Shown here piece by piece: positions 52,651 through 62,628 of a DNA stretch of 64,000 nucleotides. The position numbers and the translations under genes are program-made. The stretch's first letter is position 1, and every line of letters begins with the position of its first letter. Source of the DNA: Candidatus Limnocylindrales bacterium (GTDB lineage Bacteria > Chloroflexota > Limnocylindria > Limnocylindrales > CSP1-4); NCBI GenBank assembly GCA_038329515.1, contig JBBQNA010000001.1, forward strand, positions 2,086-66,085, in the 5' to 3' direction. The notes under the pieces are model-generated. The model searched no databases. It was given only the letters and a program-made list of their open reading frames with translations, and was not told the DNA's origin.

Positions 52651-53946
52651 TCAGGGCGACACCGACGCGACGACGGACGGTGCCGGCGACACGAGCACAC
52701 CGGTTGGCGAGGGAGTTGATGGCGAGGCGACCGGACCGGGCACCGACACGGTCACCCGGAGGGTCGGCGGCGCGACCGACACCAGGTCCAGGCCCTCCGC
52801 CGCATCCACCACCATGTCCACCTCGTGCGTTCCGGGAGCCAGTCGGCCCACCGCGACATGCGCATCGATGGTAGACGGGTCGAGCGCCTCAAGGGTCGGC
52901 TGGGCGCCGGCGTAGGTGACGAGCACCGTCGGCGTCGAGAGCTCGTACTGGCGCCCGACGCGGGCGCCCTGGGCCTGGACGCCCACCTGCCACGTCCGCG
53001 AGCCCGCATCGGGGGCGATGGTGACGACGAGCTCGATACCTGTTGCGTCCACCAGGCTCACGTCACTCGGCAGGGACGCATCCACCGATCGCTCCAGTGA
53101 GTCGGTCAGGCCCGTGATGTCCAGGGGCACGGTCGAGATGGAGGAGAGCCGCTCTACGGCAGCGGCCTCGCCGCTGACCGTCAGGGTCTGGGGATCGGCC
53201 GTGACGCTGGTGACCCGATAGCCGGGACCCGGCGCGCCCATCAGCACCGGCACCACGGGCAGCGTGGCGTACGCCAGCTCTCGCGCTACCTCGATGCTCA
53301 CATGGACACGCTGCGGGAAGATCTCGACCCCAGGGACCGGGGCCCCGGTCTCATCGGTCGCCTCCAGGTCCACCTCCTGGTCCACGTTGAGGCCGCTGGC
53401 ATCGATGGCGACGCGCGCGATGACCGACTGGACCGCGGCAACACGCGAGCTGGCGCCCCGGACCGCCACGGTCGCCGGGATGACCTGTGGCGCACCGAGG
53501 GCCATACCACTCGGTACCGTGCCCCGGTCCGTCGTGACGGTCATCGGCCGGGACACGACCTGATCGACCCGCACGTTCACCGAGCGGGGGGTGAAGTCGA
53601 TGACCTGGACGCGCGGGTCGATCGCCGTGAGACGCACCGTGACCGGCACCGGGGGACCGCCCGCGCTCGGCATCACGTTGCCCAGGTCGATGGACGCGAG
53701 GAACGAGCCGTTGGTCAGTTGCGTGGCAGCCTCGATCGGCGCTCGATAGCGGATAGCCGTGACCGAGCCGGGCAGGTCGAGGACCGCGGCGCCGGTCGGC
53801 GGGTCAAGGATCTCGATGGGGACCTCGCCAGGCCAGGTGCGCTCGTTGCCGGACAAGGTCACGCCGACGTACAGCACCGTGGCCAACCCGATGGCGGCCA
53901 GCTTGAGGGGCCAGTTCCGGAGCACGAGGTCGAGGGCGCGATTCAC
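52651..53946 (-). CDS. cdaR: YbbR-domain protein (CdaR-type regulator of diadenylate cyclase).
   Basis: N-terminal TM anchor. Tandem YbbR-like beta repeats. Start overlaps the cdaA stop. Confidence 0.8.
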   Translation of the reverse strand: MNRALDLVLRNWPLKLAAIGLATVLYVGVTLSGNERTWPGEVPIEILDPPTGAAVLDLPGSVTAIRYRAPIEAATQLTNGSFLASIDLGNVMPSAGGPPVPVTVRLTAIDPRVQVIDFTPRSVNVRVDQVVSRPMTVTTDRGTVPSGMALGAPQVIPATVAVRGASSRVAAVQSVIARVAIDASGLNVDQEVDLEATDETGAPVPGVEIFPQRVHVSIEVARELAYATLPVVPVLMGAPGPGYRVTSVTADPQTLTVSGEAAAVERLSSISTVPLDITGLTDSLERSVDASLPSDVSLVDATGIELVVTIAPDAGSRTWQVGVQAQGARVGRQYELSTPTVLVTYAGAQPTLEALDPSTIDAHVAVGRLAPGTHEVDMVVDAAEGLDLVSVAPPTLRVTVSVPGPVASPSTPSPTGVLVSPAPSVVASVSP

Positions 53947-54974
53947 TCTGGTCCACCGACCGCCCGCACCGGGCTCCCGGGCTGGGCCGGGTCCGCGGTC
54001 TGGGTCGATGGCGCGCTGGTCGACACAACGGCTGGTGGGGGTGCGGCTGCGTGCATGCCGGCGGGCCCATCCACCACGGCCGGCGCATCGCCACCGCGGC
54101 TGCGACGCCTGCGCAACACCCGCGGACGCTTGCCGCGCGCGAATGGCGCGCCGAGCGCCGAGATCCCCGCCGCCGCCCGCCCGGCATTCACGGAAGGACG
54201 CAGGAGCGCCAACAACGCGGCGCGCAGCCGCTCCTCGTCCATCTGGCGCGACAGGCGGCCGCGCTGGACGAGGCCGATGGAGCCGGTCTCCTCGCTGACC
54301 ACGATGACGATGGCATCGGTCTGCTCCGTGACACCCATCGCTGCCCGGTGCCGGGTGCCGTAGCGCTCGCGATGCATGGATGCCTCGGACAGCGGCAGCA
54401 CCGCCCCGGCGGCCAGGACCCGGCCCGCCCGGATGATCACGGCGCCGTCATGGAGTGCCGTGCGCGGCGCGAAGATGGACGCCAGGAGCTCCTCGCTCAA
54501 GTCAGCATGGAGCATCACGCCCGTCTCGGCCGTGTCCTCGAGACCCGTCTCGCGTTCGATGACGATGAGCGCGCCGGTCCGTGTGGCCGAGAGCGACAAG
54601 GCAGTGCGAGCCAGCGTCCGGGCCACCGCCTCGGCGACCCCGGCGGCGCCCGACGGCGAGAATGCCCAACCCATGGAGCCGACCCTGCCGATGCGCTCGA
54701 GGGCGCGCCGAAGCTCCGGCTGGAAGATGACCACGAGCGCCAGCAGGCCGACCACGGCTCCCGTCTGGAGGATGCCCGACAGCAGTCGCAGGTCCAGCAG
54801 CTGAGCGATCGCATAGATGCCGTAGAGCACGATGGCGCCGATGACCAGCCGAACGGCGCGGGTCCCCTGGATGAGGCTGAACAAGCCGTAGAACAGGAGG
54901 GCGGTGAGCGCGATGTCGAGCAGCGCGGTGGGCTCGACGGACAGGCCGTCCATCAGGTCGCTCAGCTGGCCCAT
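53943..54974 (-). CDS. cdaA: Membrane diadenylate cyclase CdaA (DisA_N/DAC domain) with a ~90-aa disordered basic/Pro-rich C-terminal tail.
   Basis: Three N-terminal TM helices. DAC motifs (ALIVIERETG; HDGAVIIRAGRV; RHRAAMGVTEQTDA). Confidence 0.85.
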   Translation of the reverse strand: MGQLSDLMDGLSVEPTALLDIALTALLFYGLFSLIQGTRAVRLVIGAIVLYGIYAIAQLLDLRLLSGILQTGAVVGLLALVVIFQPELRRALERIGRVGSMGWAFSPSGAAGVAEAVARTLARTALSLSATRTGALIVIERETGLEDTAETGVMLHADLSEELLASIFAPRTALHDGAVIIRAGRVLAAGAVLPLSEASMHRERYGTRHRAAMGVTEQTDAIVIVVSEETGSIGLVQRGRLSRQMDEERLRAALLALLRPSVNAGRAAAGISALGAPFARGKRPRVLRRRRSRGGDAPAVVDGPAGMHAAAPPPAVVSTSAPSTQTADPAQPGSPVRAVGGPE

Positions 54975-55036
54975 GTCGTCGGGGCCCCCTCAGCCGACCC
55001 GGTCATCTGGCGATCCGGGGACGGACCGGAGGGCCA

Positions 55037-55786
55037 TCAAGCCACTCCACCGGCAGCGATGGTAGCCAACCGCGGCTCCGAACCCTGGTGCAGGCGCGCC
55101 AACTGGAGCACACCCTCACGGGTCATCGGATCCTCTTCCAGGGTCAACAGGCGGGACAGCAGCAACAATCGCTCGACACCCCGGTCGGCCCAGCCACGCT
55201 GGAAGTAGATGCGGGCCATCTGGAGGTGGGCCGCAGGCGCCCCGAGTGAGACGCCCAGCGCTCGCTGGCACGCGTCGAGCGCCGCATCCAGGTGGCCCTG
55301 CTGCTGGTAGCCCGCCGCCGCGGCCACGAAACCGTCGATGGCAGCACGCTCCTGGCCATCCCGCCGCGAGGTCTCGGCCACAGCGAGGAGCCGCTCCGGA
55401 CCGCCCGCCCAGGCGGCAGCGCGCGCATTCGCCTGCTGCTCCACTCGCTGCCGAGCCTGATCGGCCTCGAGGCGCGCGACCTGCTGCACGAGATCCGCCG
55501 ACTCGGCGCGGCGCCCTGACGCCAGCAACGCCGATGCCTTGCCGGACAGTGCATGAGGGTCATCCGGGGCGCGTTGCAGGGCTTCGTCGTAGGCCGCGAT
55601 GGCGTCCTGGGCGCGGCCCATCTGGAGCAGCACAGAGCCCATGCTCACGAATGGCAAGGGCCGATGTCCGGCCAGTCCGGCAGCTTCCTGGTAGCGGGCC
55701 AGAGCTTCCTTGTGCTGGCCCTTGAACACCGCCACATGGCCCTGCTTGAGAGCCTCCTTGTAGCGTTCGAATACCGGGTCCGGCAT
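55037..55786 (-). CDS. Tetratricopeptide-repeat protein.
   Basis: Several TPR units (e.g. AIAAYDEALQRAPDDPHAL). Confidence 0.7.
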   Translation of the reverse strand: MPDPVFERYKEALKQGHVAVFKGQHKEALARYQEAAGLAGHRPLPFVSMGSVLLQMGRAQDAIAAYDEALQRAPDDPHALSGKASALLASGRRAESADLVQQVARLEADQARQRVEQQANARAAAWAGGPERLLAVAETSRRDGQERAAIDGFVAAAAGYQQQGHLDAALDACQRALGVSLGAPAAHLQMARIYFQRGWADRGVERLLLLSRLLTLEEDPMTREGVLQLARLHQGSEPRLATIAAGGVA

Positions 55787-55944
55787 ATCCCTACTCTAGC
55801 CCGCGCACGCGCGAGCGTCCCATCGCCACAAGTACCCAACGGTCGAGCCCGGTCGCACGGTGGACGAGCGAATGAGAAGCCCCGTCCTGCACGACCTTCG
55901 AGCGAAGGGCACGGACGGGGCTCGCAGCGCAGTCGTGAGCGGAG

Positions 55945-55961
55945 CCCGGTGGTCCACCGGG
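55945..55961 (-). terminator. GC-rich hairpin CCCGGTGG-t-CCACCGGG, 14 nt downstream of rpsI (minus strand).
   Basis: Perfect 8-bp palindrome. A second 10-bp inverted repeat (AGCCCCGTCC/GGACGGGGCT) lies at 55878-55922. No U-tract, which is usual in high-GC genomes. Confidence 0.3.
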
Positions 55962-55974
55962 CCTGCCACGGCGA

Positions 55975-56376
55975 CTACCGCTTGGTGTACTGCGGCGCCT
56001 TGCGCGCGCGCTTCAGGCCGTACTTCTTGCGTTCCTTCATGCGTGGGTCCCGGGTCAGGAACCCGGCCTGACGCAGCGGCGCGCGAGCGGCCTCGGGGTC
56101 CGACTCGAGCAGCGCCCGGGCGATGCCATGCCGGATGGCACCAGCCTGGCCTTGGGAGCCGCCGCCCTCCACCTTGATCATCGCGTTGAAGCGACCCTCG
56201 GTGTTGGTCACCCGGAACGGCATCAGCATGTCGCTCAGGCTGACGGCGTTGCCAAAGTGCTCCTCGAGGCTGCGGCCGTTGACCACGACCTGGCCCTCGC
56301 CGGCGATGAGGCGGACGCGCGCGACGCTGGTCTTGCGCCGGCCTGTCCCCTGGTAATACGCGGGAGTGGTGCTCAT
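55975..56376 (-). CDS. rpsI: 30S ribosomal protein S9.
   Basis: [12 protein letters not shown]...[19 protein letters not shown]...YTKR. Confidence 0.95.
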   Translation of the reverse strand: MSTTPAYYQGTGRRKTSVARVRLIAGEGQVVVNGRSLEEHFGNAVSLSDMLMPFRVTNTEGRFNAMIKVEGGGSQGQAGAIRHGIARALLESDPEAARAPLRQAGFLTRDPRMKERKKYGLKRARKAPQYTKR

Positions 56377-56825
56377 GCCGTGGGAACTCCTGTCGTCGAG
56401 AGCGGCGCCGGCTGCTGCGCTTCATGCGGGTGCGCAGGACCCGCGTAGACCTTCAGCTTGCGCAGCTGCTGGACGCCCAGCTTGTTGTGCGGCAGCATGC
56501 CCTTGACCGCGCGACGGAGTACTTCCTCCGGGCGGCGCGCCAGCAGGTCGCCCAGCGATTCCTGGCGGAAACCGCCGGGATAGCCGCTGTGGCGCGCGTA
56601 CGACTTCGTCTTGAGCTTGTCGCCGGTGACGGTCACCTTCTCGGCGTTGATCACGATGACGTGGTCGCCGGTGTCCATGTGAGTGGCATATGTGGGCTTG
56701 TGCTTGCCCGCCAGCAGCGTCGCGATGCGCGTGGCAAGGCGACCCAGGGTCTCGCCGTCCGCGTCGACGACGAACCACTGGCGCTCGATCTCGCTCGCCC
56801 GCGGTGTGTACGTCCTGGTCGTCAT
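56373..56825 (-). CDS. rplM: 50S ribosomal protein L13.
   Basis: WFVVDA...[19 protein letters not shown]. Confidence 0.95.
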   Translation of the reverse strand: MTTRTYTPRASEIERQWFVVDADGETLGRLATRIATLLAGKHKPTYATHMDTGDHVIVINAEKVTVTGDKLKTKSYARHSGYPGGFRQESLGDLLARRPEEVLRRAVKGMLPHNKLGVQQLRKLKVYAGPAHPHEAQQPAPLSTTGVPTA

Positions 56826-57586
56826 CCTCGTGCCTTTCCGATACTGACTGGTGAGCCCCCGCCGAGGACGACCCGCCTGAGACTCAGCCCATGTGGCGGG
56901 GCGACCTGTCCGGCGAAGGCCCGGTCCGGCGACCGCAACGCGGCCTCCAGATCTGTCATGGTCGCCTCCCCGTGCCCGATGCGCAGGAGGGCGGCCACGA
57001 TACTTCGCACCATCTGGCGCAGGAACGCATCGCCTGCCACGTCGACCGTGACCACACGACCCTTCCTGCGGACCCGCACCCAGTACAGGGTACGCATCGG
57101 TTGTCTGTGCTTGCCGCCGAATGCGGAGAAGTCATGCCGGCCGACCAGCGCCACTGCGGCACTGTCCATCGCTGGCACATCGAGCGCCTCCCTGACTCCC
57201 AGGGCATATCGCTCGCGAAGTGGGCTTCTAGGTCCGTTCCAGATGGTATACCGGTACTCGCGCCGCACCGCAGCGCGGCGTGGCTGGAACCCGACATCCA
57301 CCCGGCGCAGTGGCCCGATCGAGACATCCGACGGCAATACCGCCCTGATGGCCCGACCCAGCACATCCGCCGCGATCCGGCGCCCGCTCCAGCTGAATGC
57401 GATCAGCTGTCCGCTGGCGTGGACCCCGGCATCTGTCCTGCCCGCCCCGTCGATCCGGATACGTGCTCCGCCGCTGATGCTGCGAAGCGCTGTCTCCAAC
57501 TCTCCCTGGACGGTCCGCTTCCCAGGTTGCACCTGGAAACCGGAGAACCCGGTCCCGTCATATTCCACCCGCGCGGCGAACCGCAC
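56822..57586 (-). CDS. truA: tRNA pseudouridine(38-40) synthase.
   Basis: [20 protein letters not shown]...[15 protein letters not shown] at 57586 with GAGAGGG RBS. The supplied ORF is extended into rplQ. Confidence 0.85.
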   Translation of the reverse strand: MRFAARVEYDGTGFSGFQVQPGKRTVQGELETALRSISGGARIRIDGAGRTDAGVHASGQLIAFSWSGRRIAADVLGRAIRAVLPSDVSIGPLRRVDVGFQPRRAAVRREYRYTIWNGPRSPLRERYALGVREALDVPAMDSAAVALVGRHDFSAFGGKHRQPMRTLYWVRVRRKGRVVTVDVAGDAFLRQMVRSIVAALLRIGHGEATMTDLEAALRSPDRAFAGQVAPPHGLSLRRVVLGGGSPVSIGKARG

Positions 57587-57611
57587 GAGGCCACCCTCTC
57601 GGGTGGATGGC

Positions 57612-57968
57612 TCAGACGAGCTCGAGCTGGACGATGGGGGCACGATCACCGGCCCGAAGGCCGATCTTCGTGAGTCGGGTATATCCCGAACTCCGGTCCC
57701 CATAGCGCGCTGCGATGTCGTTGATCAGCTTGTCGATGACGAGCGGCTCGTTGGGCAGCTCGGCGATGATGCGTCGCCGCGAGGCGATGGTGCCTTCCTT
57801 GGCGAGCGTGATCATCTGCTCCACCATGCCACGCACCTCCTTGGCGCGGGCCTCCGTGGTCTTGATCTGCTCGTAGCGCAGCACCGAGACGATGAGGTTC
57901 CGGTACAGCGACATGCGGGGGCCGGTCTTCTTGCCGAGCTTGCGGCCGTCGATGCGATGCGAAGACAC
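57612..57968 (-). CDS. rplQ: 50S ribosomal protein L17.
   Basis: Canonical L17 sequence. Confidence 0.95.
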   Translation of the reverse strand: MSSHRIDGRKLGKKTGPRMSLYRNLIVSVLRYEQIKTTEARAKEVRGMVEQMITLAKEGTIASRRRIIAELPNEPLVIDKLINDIAARYGDRSSGYTRLTKIGLRAGDRAPIVQLELV

Positions 57969-57971
57969 GGC

Positions 57972-58979
57972 TCAGCTCTCCCCTTCGTCGTCGCCGTCAT
58001 CGTCTTCGTCGAAGTCGACCTCGGCGGACTCGGCGTAGTCGGTGGCGGTGTCCTCGGCGGGGAAGAAGCCACGCATGCGCAGCCGCTCCTTCATCTCGTC
58101 GAGCGACTTCTTGCCGAAGTTGCGCATCCGGAGGAGATCATCGTCCTGCAGCTGCAGGACCTGGCCCACCTTGACGATGTTGTTGCGCTTCAGCGAGTTG
58201 TACGCACGCATCGGGAGATCAAGCTCCTCGATGGGCATGTCCAGCATGTTCTGGGGAATCGAGCCGGCGGCCGTGGTGGCCCCTGCGGTCTTGGCCAGCT
58301 GCTTGCCGGCCGAGGTGAACAGGCTGAATTGCGCGACGAGGATCTCGGCGGCGCGCGACAGCGCTTCCTCCGGCGACACGGTGCCGTCGGTCTCGACTTC
58401 GATAGTCAGCTTGTCGTAGTTCGTCATCTGGCCGACGCGAGTGTTCTCGACGTGGTAGTTGACCTTGCGCACGGGGGTGAAGATGGCATCCACGGGGATG
58501 ACGCCGATGGGCATCTGCTCGGCACGCTCGGCCGCGAGATAGCCCACGCCGCGCTCGACCGTGAGGTCCAGCTCGATGGTCACGCCATCCGAGTCGAGGG
58601 TCATCAGCTCCTGGTCAGGGTTGACGATCTCCACGTCCGCGGACTCGACGATGTCTGCCGCGGTCACGGTTCCGGCACCGTTCTTGACCAGCTTCAGCTG
58701 GACCGGATGGGGCGAGTAGCTCTTGAGTCGCAGCTTCTTGACGTTGAGGACGATCTGGGTCAGATCCTCCTTGACGCCCGCGATGGTCGCGAACTCGTGG
58801 TACACGTCGCGCACCTGGATGGAGGTCACCGCAGCGCCCTCCAGCGAGGACAGCAGCACCCGTCGAAGCGCGTTGCCGATGGTCACGCCGTAGCCGGCTG
58901 CGAGCGGGCTGGCTTCGTACTTGCCGTATGTCTCGAGCTCCTCGACGGGCTCGAGCTGGGCGTTCTCCAGTTCGATCAT
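57972..58979 (-). CDS. rpoA: DNA-directed RNA polymerase subunit alpha.
   Basis: N-terminal dimerisation domain, C-terminal alpha-CTD, acidic tail. Confidence 0.97.
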   Translation of the reverse strand: MIELENAQLEPVEELETYGKYEASPLAAGYGVTIGNALRRVLLSSLEGAAVTSIQVRDVYHEFATIAGVKEDLTQIVLNVKKLRLKSYSPHPVQLKLVKNGAGTVTAADIVESADVEIVNPDQELMTLDSDGVTIELDLTVERGVGYLAAERAEQMPIGVIPVDAIFTPVRKVNYHVENTRVGQMTNYDKLTIEVETDGTVSPEEALSRAAEILVAQFSLFTSAGKQLAKTAGATTAAGSIPQNMLDMPIEELDLPMRAYNSLKRNNIVKVGQVLQLQDDDLLRMRNFGKKSLDEMKERLRMRGFFPAEDTATDYAESAEVDFDEDDDGDDEGES

Positions 58980-58989
58980 GAGAGGGGGA

Positions 58990-59616
58990 TCACCTCGAGT
59001 AGTACTCGACCACGAGCTGCTCGTTCAGTTCGAGCGGCATCTGGTCGCGTCGGGGCAGCGCTGACACGTTCCCCGAGAGCTTGTCGGCATCGACGTTCAG
59101 CCAATCAGGTCGCTGGGCGGCCCGGAGGCTGTCCTTGACCTGCTTGAAGTACTCCGTGGAGCGGCTGGTCTCCCGGACCTCGATCCGGTCGCCATCGCGT
59201 ACCTGATGAGACGGGATGGTGGTCGCTCGGCCGTTGATGGCGAAGTGGCCGTGGCTCACCAGCTGCCGCGCCTGGGCACGGCTCGTGGCAAAACCCATTC
59301 GGAACACGACGTTGTCCAGGCGCTGCTCGAGCAGACGCAGCAGGTTCTCGCCGGTCATGCCCGGCTTCACCTCGGCCGCCTCGAAGTAGCGTCGGAACTG
59401 TCGCTCGAGGACGCTGTAGACGCGTCGGATCTTCTGCTTCTCGCGCAGCTGGACGCCGTACTCCGACACCTTGCGTCGGCGCACGATGTGCTGCCCTGGC
59501 GGGGTGGGGCGACGTTCGAAGCCACACTTCTTGGTATAGCAGCGACTGCCCTTGAGGAAGAGCTTCATGCCCTCCCGGCGGCAGAGCCGGCAAACAGGTC
59601 CGTTGTAGCGAGCCAT
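58990..59616 (-). CDS. rpsD: 30S ribosomal protein S4.
   Basis: [16 protein letters not shown]... Confidence 0.95.
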   Translation of the reverse strand: MARYNGPVCRLCRREGMKLFLKGSRCYTKKCGFERRPTPPGQHIVRRRKVSEYGVQLREKQKIRRVYSVLERQFRRYFEAAEVKPGMTGENLLRLLEQRLDNVVFRMGFATSRAQARQLVSHGHFAINGRATTIPSHQVRDGDRIEVRETSRSTEYFKQVKDSLRAAQRPDWLNVDADKLSGNVSALPRRDQMPLELNEQLVVEYYSR

Positions 59617-59625
59617 GGTTCGTTC

Positions 59626-60021
59626 CTAGACCCGGCGCCGCTTCGGCGGGCGACAACCGTTGTGTGGGATGGGTGTGACGTCGGTGATGGCGGTGACCTC
59701 CAGGCCAGCTGCCTGGAGCGACCTGATGGCCTGCTCACGACCGGCGCCGGGGCCCTTGACGAAGACCTCGACCTGGCGCATGCCGTGCTCCATGGCCCGC
59801 TTCGCCGCTCCGTCCGCGCTCTGCGCGGCGGCATATGGCGTGCTCTTGCGGGAGCCCTTGAACCCGGCAACGCCTGCGCTGCCCCAGGAGATCGTGGCGC
59901 CACCAAGGTCGGTGATGGTCACGATGGTGTTGTTGAACGTGGCCTGGATGTGGGCGTGTCCCGACGGCACGTTCTTGCGTTCCCTTCGCCGCGTCTTGGT
60001 CGCGCGCTTGCGTTCCGCCAT
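59626..60021 (-). CDS. rpsK: 30S ribosomal protein S11.
   Basis: [18 protein letters not shown]. Confidence 0.95.
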   Translation of the reverse strand: MAERKRATKTRRRERKNVPSGHAHIQATFNNTIVTITDLGGATISWGSAGVAGFKGSRKSTPYAAAQSADGAAKRAMEHGMRQVEVFVKGPGAGREQAIRSLQAAGLEVTAITDVTPIPHNGCRPPKRRRV

Positions 60022-60104
60022 GCTGGGATGGTGCTCCTGTAGGTCCTGTCCGGTGTCCGGGCGTTAGCGCGTCACCGTGAGGTCTGGCTCGGCTGCTGCC
60101 TGTG

Positions 60105-60476
60105 CTACTTCTTGCGCCGGACGCCGACGGTCTTCTTGGGACCGCGTCGCTGACGAGCGTTCGTTTTGGTGCGCTGCCCGCGAACGGGCAGGTTCCGCCG
60201 ATGGCGGAGGCCTCGGTAGGAGCCGATCTCCTGGAGGCGCTTGATGTTCATGGCGACTTCGCGACGCAGGTCACCTTCCACCTTGTAGCGGCGGTCGATG
60301 ATGTCGCGCAGTCGGTTCACCTGCTCCTCGGTCAGGTCCCGGACACGCGTGTCGGGATTGACGTTGGCCTGCGCCAGGATCTTCTGGCTGGTCGGCAGCC
60401 CGATGCCGAAGACATAGGTGAGGGCGATCTCCACGCGCTTCTCGCGCGGGATGTCGATGCCCGCGATACGTGCCAC
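60105..60476 (-). CDS. rpsM: 30S ribosomal protein S13.
   Basis: [26 protein letters not shown]. Confidence 0.95.
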   Translation of the reverse strand: MARIAGIDIPREKRVEIALTYVFGIGLPTSQKILAQANVNPDTRVRDLTEEQVNRLRDIIDRRYKVEGDLRREVAMNIKRLQEIGSYRGLRHRRNLPVRGQRTKTNARQRRGPKKTVGVRRKK

Positions 60477-60543
60477 GGCTACCCCTGACCCTGCTGGTGC
60501 CTGGGATCACTGGGACGCGTGCCGATCATGGCCACGATGTCGC

Positions 60544-60657
60544 TCACCCTTGGCGCTGCTTGTGCTTTGGATTGCTGCAAATGACCATCACCGTGCCGTG
60601 ACGGCGGATGACCTTGCAGTTGTCACAACGCGTCTTGACCGACGCTGAGACCTTCAA
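60544..60657 (-). CDS. rpmJ: 50S ribosomal protein L36 (TTG start).
   Basis: (M)[36 protein letters not shown]. The first codon is TTG at 60655-60657. It sits inside a longer spurious ORF in the track. Confidence 0.85.
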   Translation of the reverse strand: MKVSASVKTRCDNCKVIRRHGTVMVICSNPKHKQRQG

Positions 60658-60668
60658 CGTGGACTCCG

Positions 60669-60887
60669 TTACTTGATGCGGGAGGTGATCCGCCCGCGTG
60701 AGTGGTCGAACGGCGACAACTCGACGCGGACCCGGTCCCCCGGGAGGATCCGGATGAAGTTCATCCGGAGCTTGCCGCTGATATGGGCGAGGACCTGGCG
60801 CTTGTTCTCCAGCTCGATCGCGAACATGGCGTTGGGTAGCGGCGCGATGACCGTACCCTCCACCTCGATCGCTTCTCGCATGGCCAC
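60669..60887 (-). CDS. infA: Translation initiation factor IF-1.
   Basis: Canonical 72-aa OB-fold sequence. Confidence 0.95.
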   Translation of the reverse strand: MAMREAIEVEGTVIAPLPNAMFAIELENKRQVLAHISGKLRMNFIRILPGDRVRVELSPFDHSRGRITSRIK

Positions 60888-61081
60888 AGGCGGACCGCGG
60901 CTCCGCTATCGATGGTTGGGTCTGGACGACGCTGCTTCGTGTGGCTCTGCCACGCGACGGGCGTCGATGGGCACCGGGACACGCCCGGCGCACGAAGGAG
61001 GAGTGTACCAGAAAGTCATCGGCGAGGGCAAGGGGTGAGCTTGTGCCTGGAGGTCGGTAGGATCCGCGCCAGCGCAGCGGC

Positions 61082-61909
61082 TCATATGGCGCTGCCGGCG
61101 GCGGTGACTGGCAGCCCGGCGGCCTGCGCGGGGTCATTGACTGTCAGGATCCGGGGGCCCGAGTCGGTGATCGCGATGGAGTGCTCCCAGTGGCATGCCA
61201 TGGAGCCATCGAATGTCTCCACGGTCCAGCCGTCCTCCTTGACCCGGACCTCATAGCTGCCAAGGGTGAACATGGGCTCGATGGCCAGGCACAGCCCGGG
61301 CTCGATGCGCCGACCGCGATTGCCGGTGCGATAGTTGGCGACCTGGGGCTCCTCGTGCATCTCGGTGCCGATACCGTGGCCCACAAAGGAGCGGACGACG
61401 CCATACCCGTGGGCCAGCGCGACGTCCTCGATGGCCGCTCCGATATCGCTCAGGAAGCCACCGGGCCGGGCTGCCGCGATGCCCGCGTACATCGCATCGC
61501 GGGTTGCCTCCACCAGTTGGCGTGAAGCCGCCGGGACGTCGCCCACGATAAAGGTCCGTGCCGCATCACCGTGCCAGCCATCGACGATGGCACCAGCGTC
61601 CACGGACACCATCTGGCCATCCGCGATGCGGCGCTTACCCGGGATGCCGTGGACGACCTCGCTGTCGATGCTGATGCACAGGGAGTGCTTGTAGGGACCC
61701 ACCGGACCCGGCTGCCCGACGAAGGACGGCGTGCCGCCCGCGGCACGGATGATATCCGTGGCGATGGTGTCGAGCTCAAGGGTGGTGACCCCTGGTCGGA
61801 TGGCGCTGCCGACGGCGTCCAGCACGTCCGCGACGAGCGAGCCCGCCACCGCCATGCGTCGGATCTGGCTGGCGCTCTTGAGCGTGACCCGGCGATCTCC
61901 CAAAGCCAT
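61082..61909 (-). CDS. map: Type I methionine aminopeptidase.
   Basis: Metal-ligand pattern D..D..H..E..E ([13 protein letters not shown]...HGIG...EPM). Confidence 0.9.
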   Translation of the reverse strand: MALGDRRVTLKSASQIRRMAVAGSLVADVLDAVGSAIRPGVTTLELDTIATDIIRAAGGTPSFVGQPGPVGPYKHSLCISIDSEVVHGIPGKRRIADGQMVSVDAGAIVDGWHGDAARTFIVGDVPAASRQLVEATRDAMYAGIAAARPGGFLSDIGAAIEDVALAHGYGVVRSFVGHGIGTEMHEEPQVANYRTGNRGRRIEPGLCLAIEPMFTLGSYEVRVKEDGWTVETFDGSMACHWEHSIAITDSGPRILTVNDPAQAAGLPVTAAGSAI

Positions 61910-61911
61910 CG

Positions 61912-62628
61912 TCAGGCCCGCTTCGCCGCCCTGTCGGCGACACGCAGCAGGTCGGCGGTGACCTCGTCCATGGGTCGGTCGCCCCGCACCGCGTGGAGCA
62001 CGCCGGTCTCCGTATAGTGATCCACGACCTCGTACATCGGCGGCAGCTGACGGGCCAGACGGGCGCTGATGGTCTCTGGCCGATCGTCCGGCCGCTGCTC
62101 CAGGGGGCTGCCGTCCAGGTCACACACGCCCGCGGCACGCGGCGGACGGGTGGCCAGGTTGTAGACGTGCTGCTGGGTGCCGCTACACACGCGGCGGCCG
62201 GCAAGTCGCTGGACCAGCTCCGGCGTATCCACCTCGATGTACAGGGCAGCCGCGACGTGCGCATCCTGGCGCGCCAGGAGTACGTCGAGTGCCTCCGCCT
62301 GGGGACGTGTCCGTGGGAAACCGTCCAGGACGGCCCCCGCGATCGCGTCCGGCTGGGAAAACCGTTCCTCGACCACGCGCATGGTCAAGAGGTCTGGCAC
62401 GAGGATGCCCTTCTCGACGTACTTGCGGACTTCGACTCCCAGAGCCGAACCATCGCGCAGCGAGGCACGGAACAGGTCGCCGGTGGAGACATGCGGCAGG
62501 CCAAGCTCCTTGGCCAGCCGGAGTGCCTGTGTGCCCTTGCCCGCACCAGGCGCACCAAGGGTCACGAACACCAGGGGCCGCTCGGCGACCGTCTCGCTCG
62601 GGCGTTCCAGTCGGGTCGCCTGGGTCAC
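61912..62628 (-). CDS. adk: Adenylate kinase (with ~17-aa N-terminal extension if the annotated start is used).
   Basis: P-loop GAPGAGKGTQ. Zn lid CxxC-like region (RRVCSGTQQHVYN). Confidence 0.9.
   Translation of the reverse strand: MTQATRLERPSETVAERPLVFVTLGAPGAGKGTQALRLAKELGLPHVSTGDLFRASLRDGSALGVEVRKYVEKGILVPDLLTMRVVEERFSQPDAIAGAVLDGFPRTRPQAEALDVLLARQDAHVAAALYIEVDTPELVQRLAGRRVCSGTQQHVYNLATRPPRAAGVCDLDGSPLEQRPDDRPETISARLARQLPPMYEVVDHYTETGVLHAVRGDRPMDEVTADLLRVADRAAKRA

Noticed and set aside
61912-62628. Alternative later start for adk removing the 17-aa N-terminal extension
   Set aside because: No in-frame ATG/GTG with an RBS between the annotated start and the P-loop was evident. The annotated start abuts the secY stop, which is consistent with coupling. 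Left as is, with the uncertainty noted.
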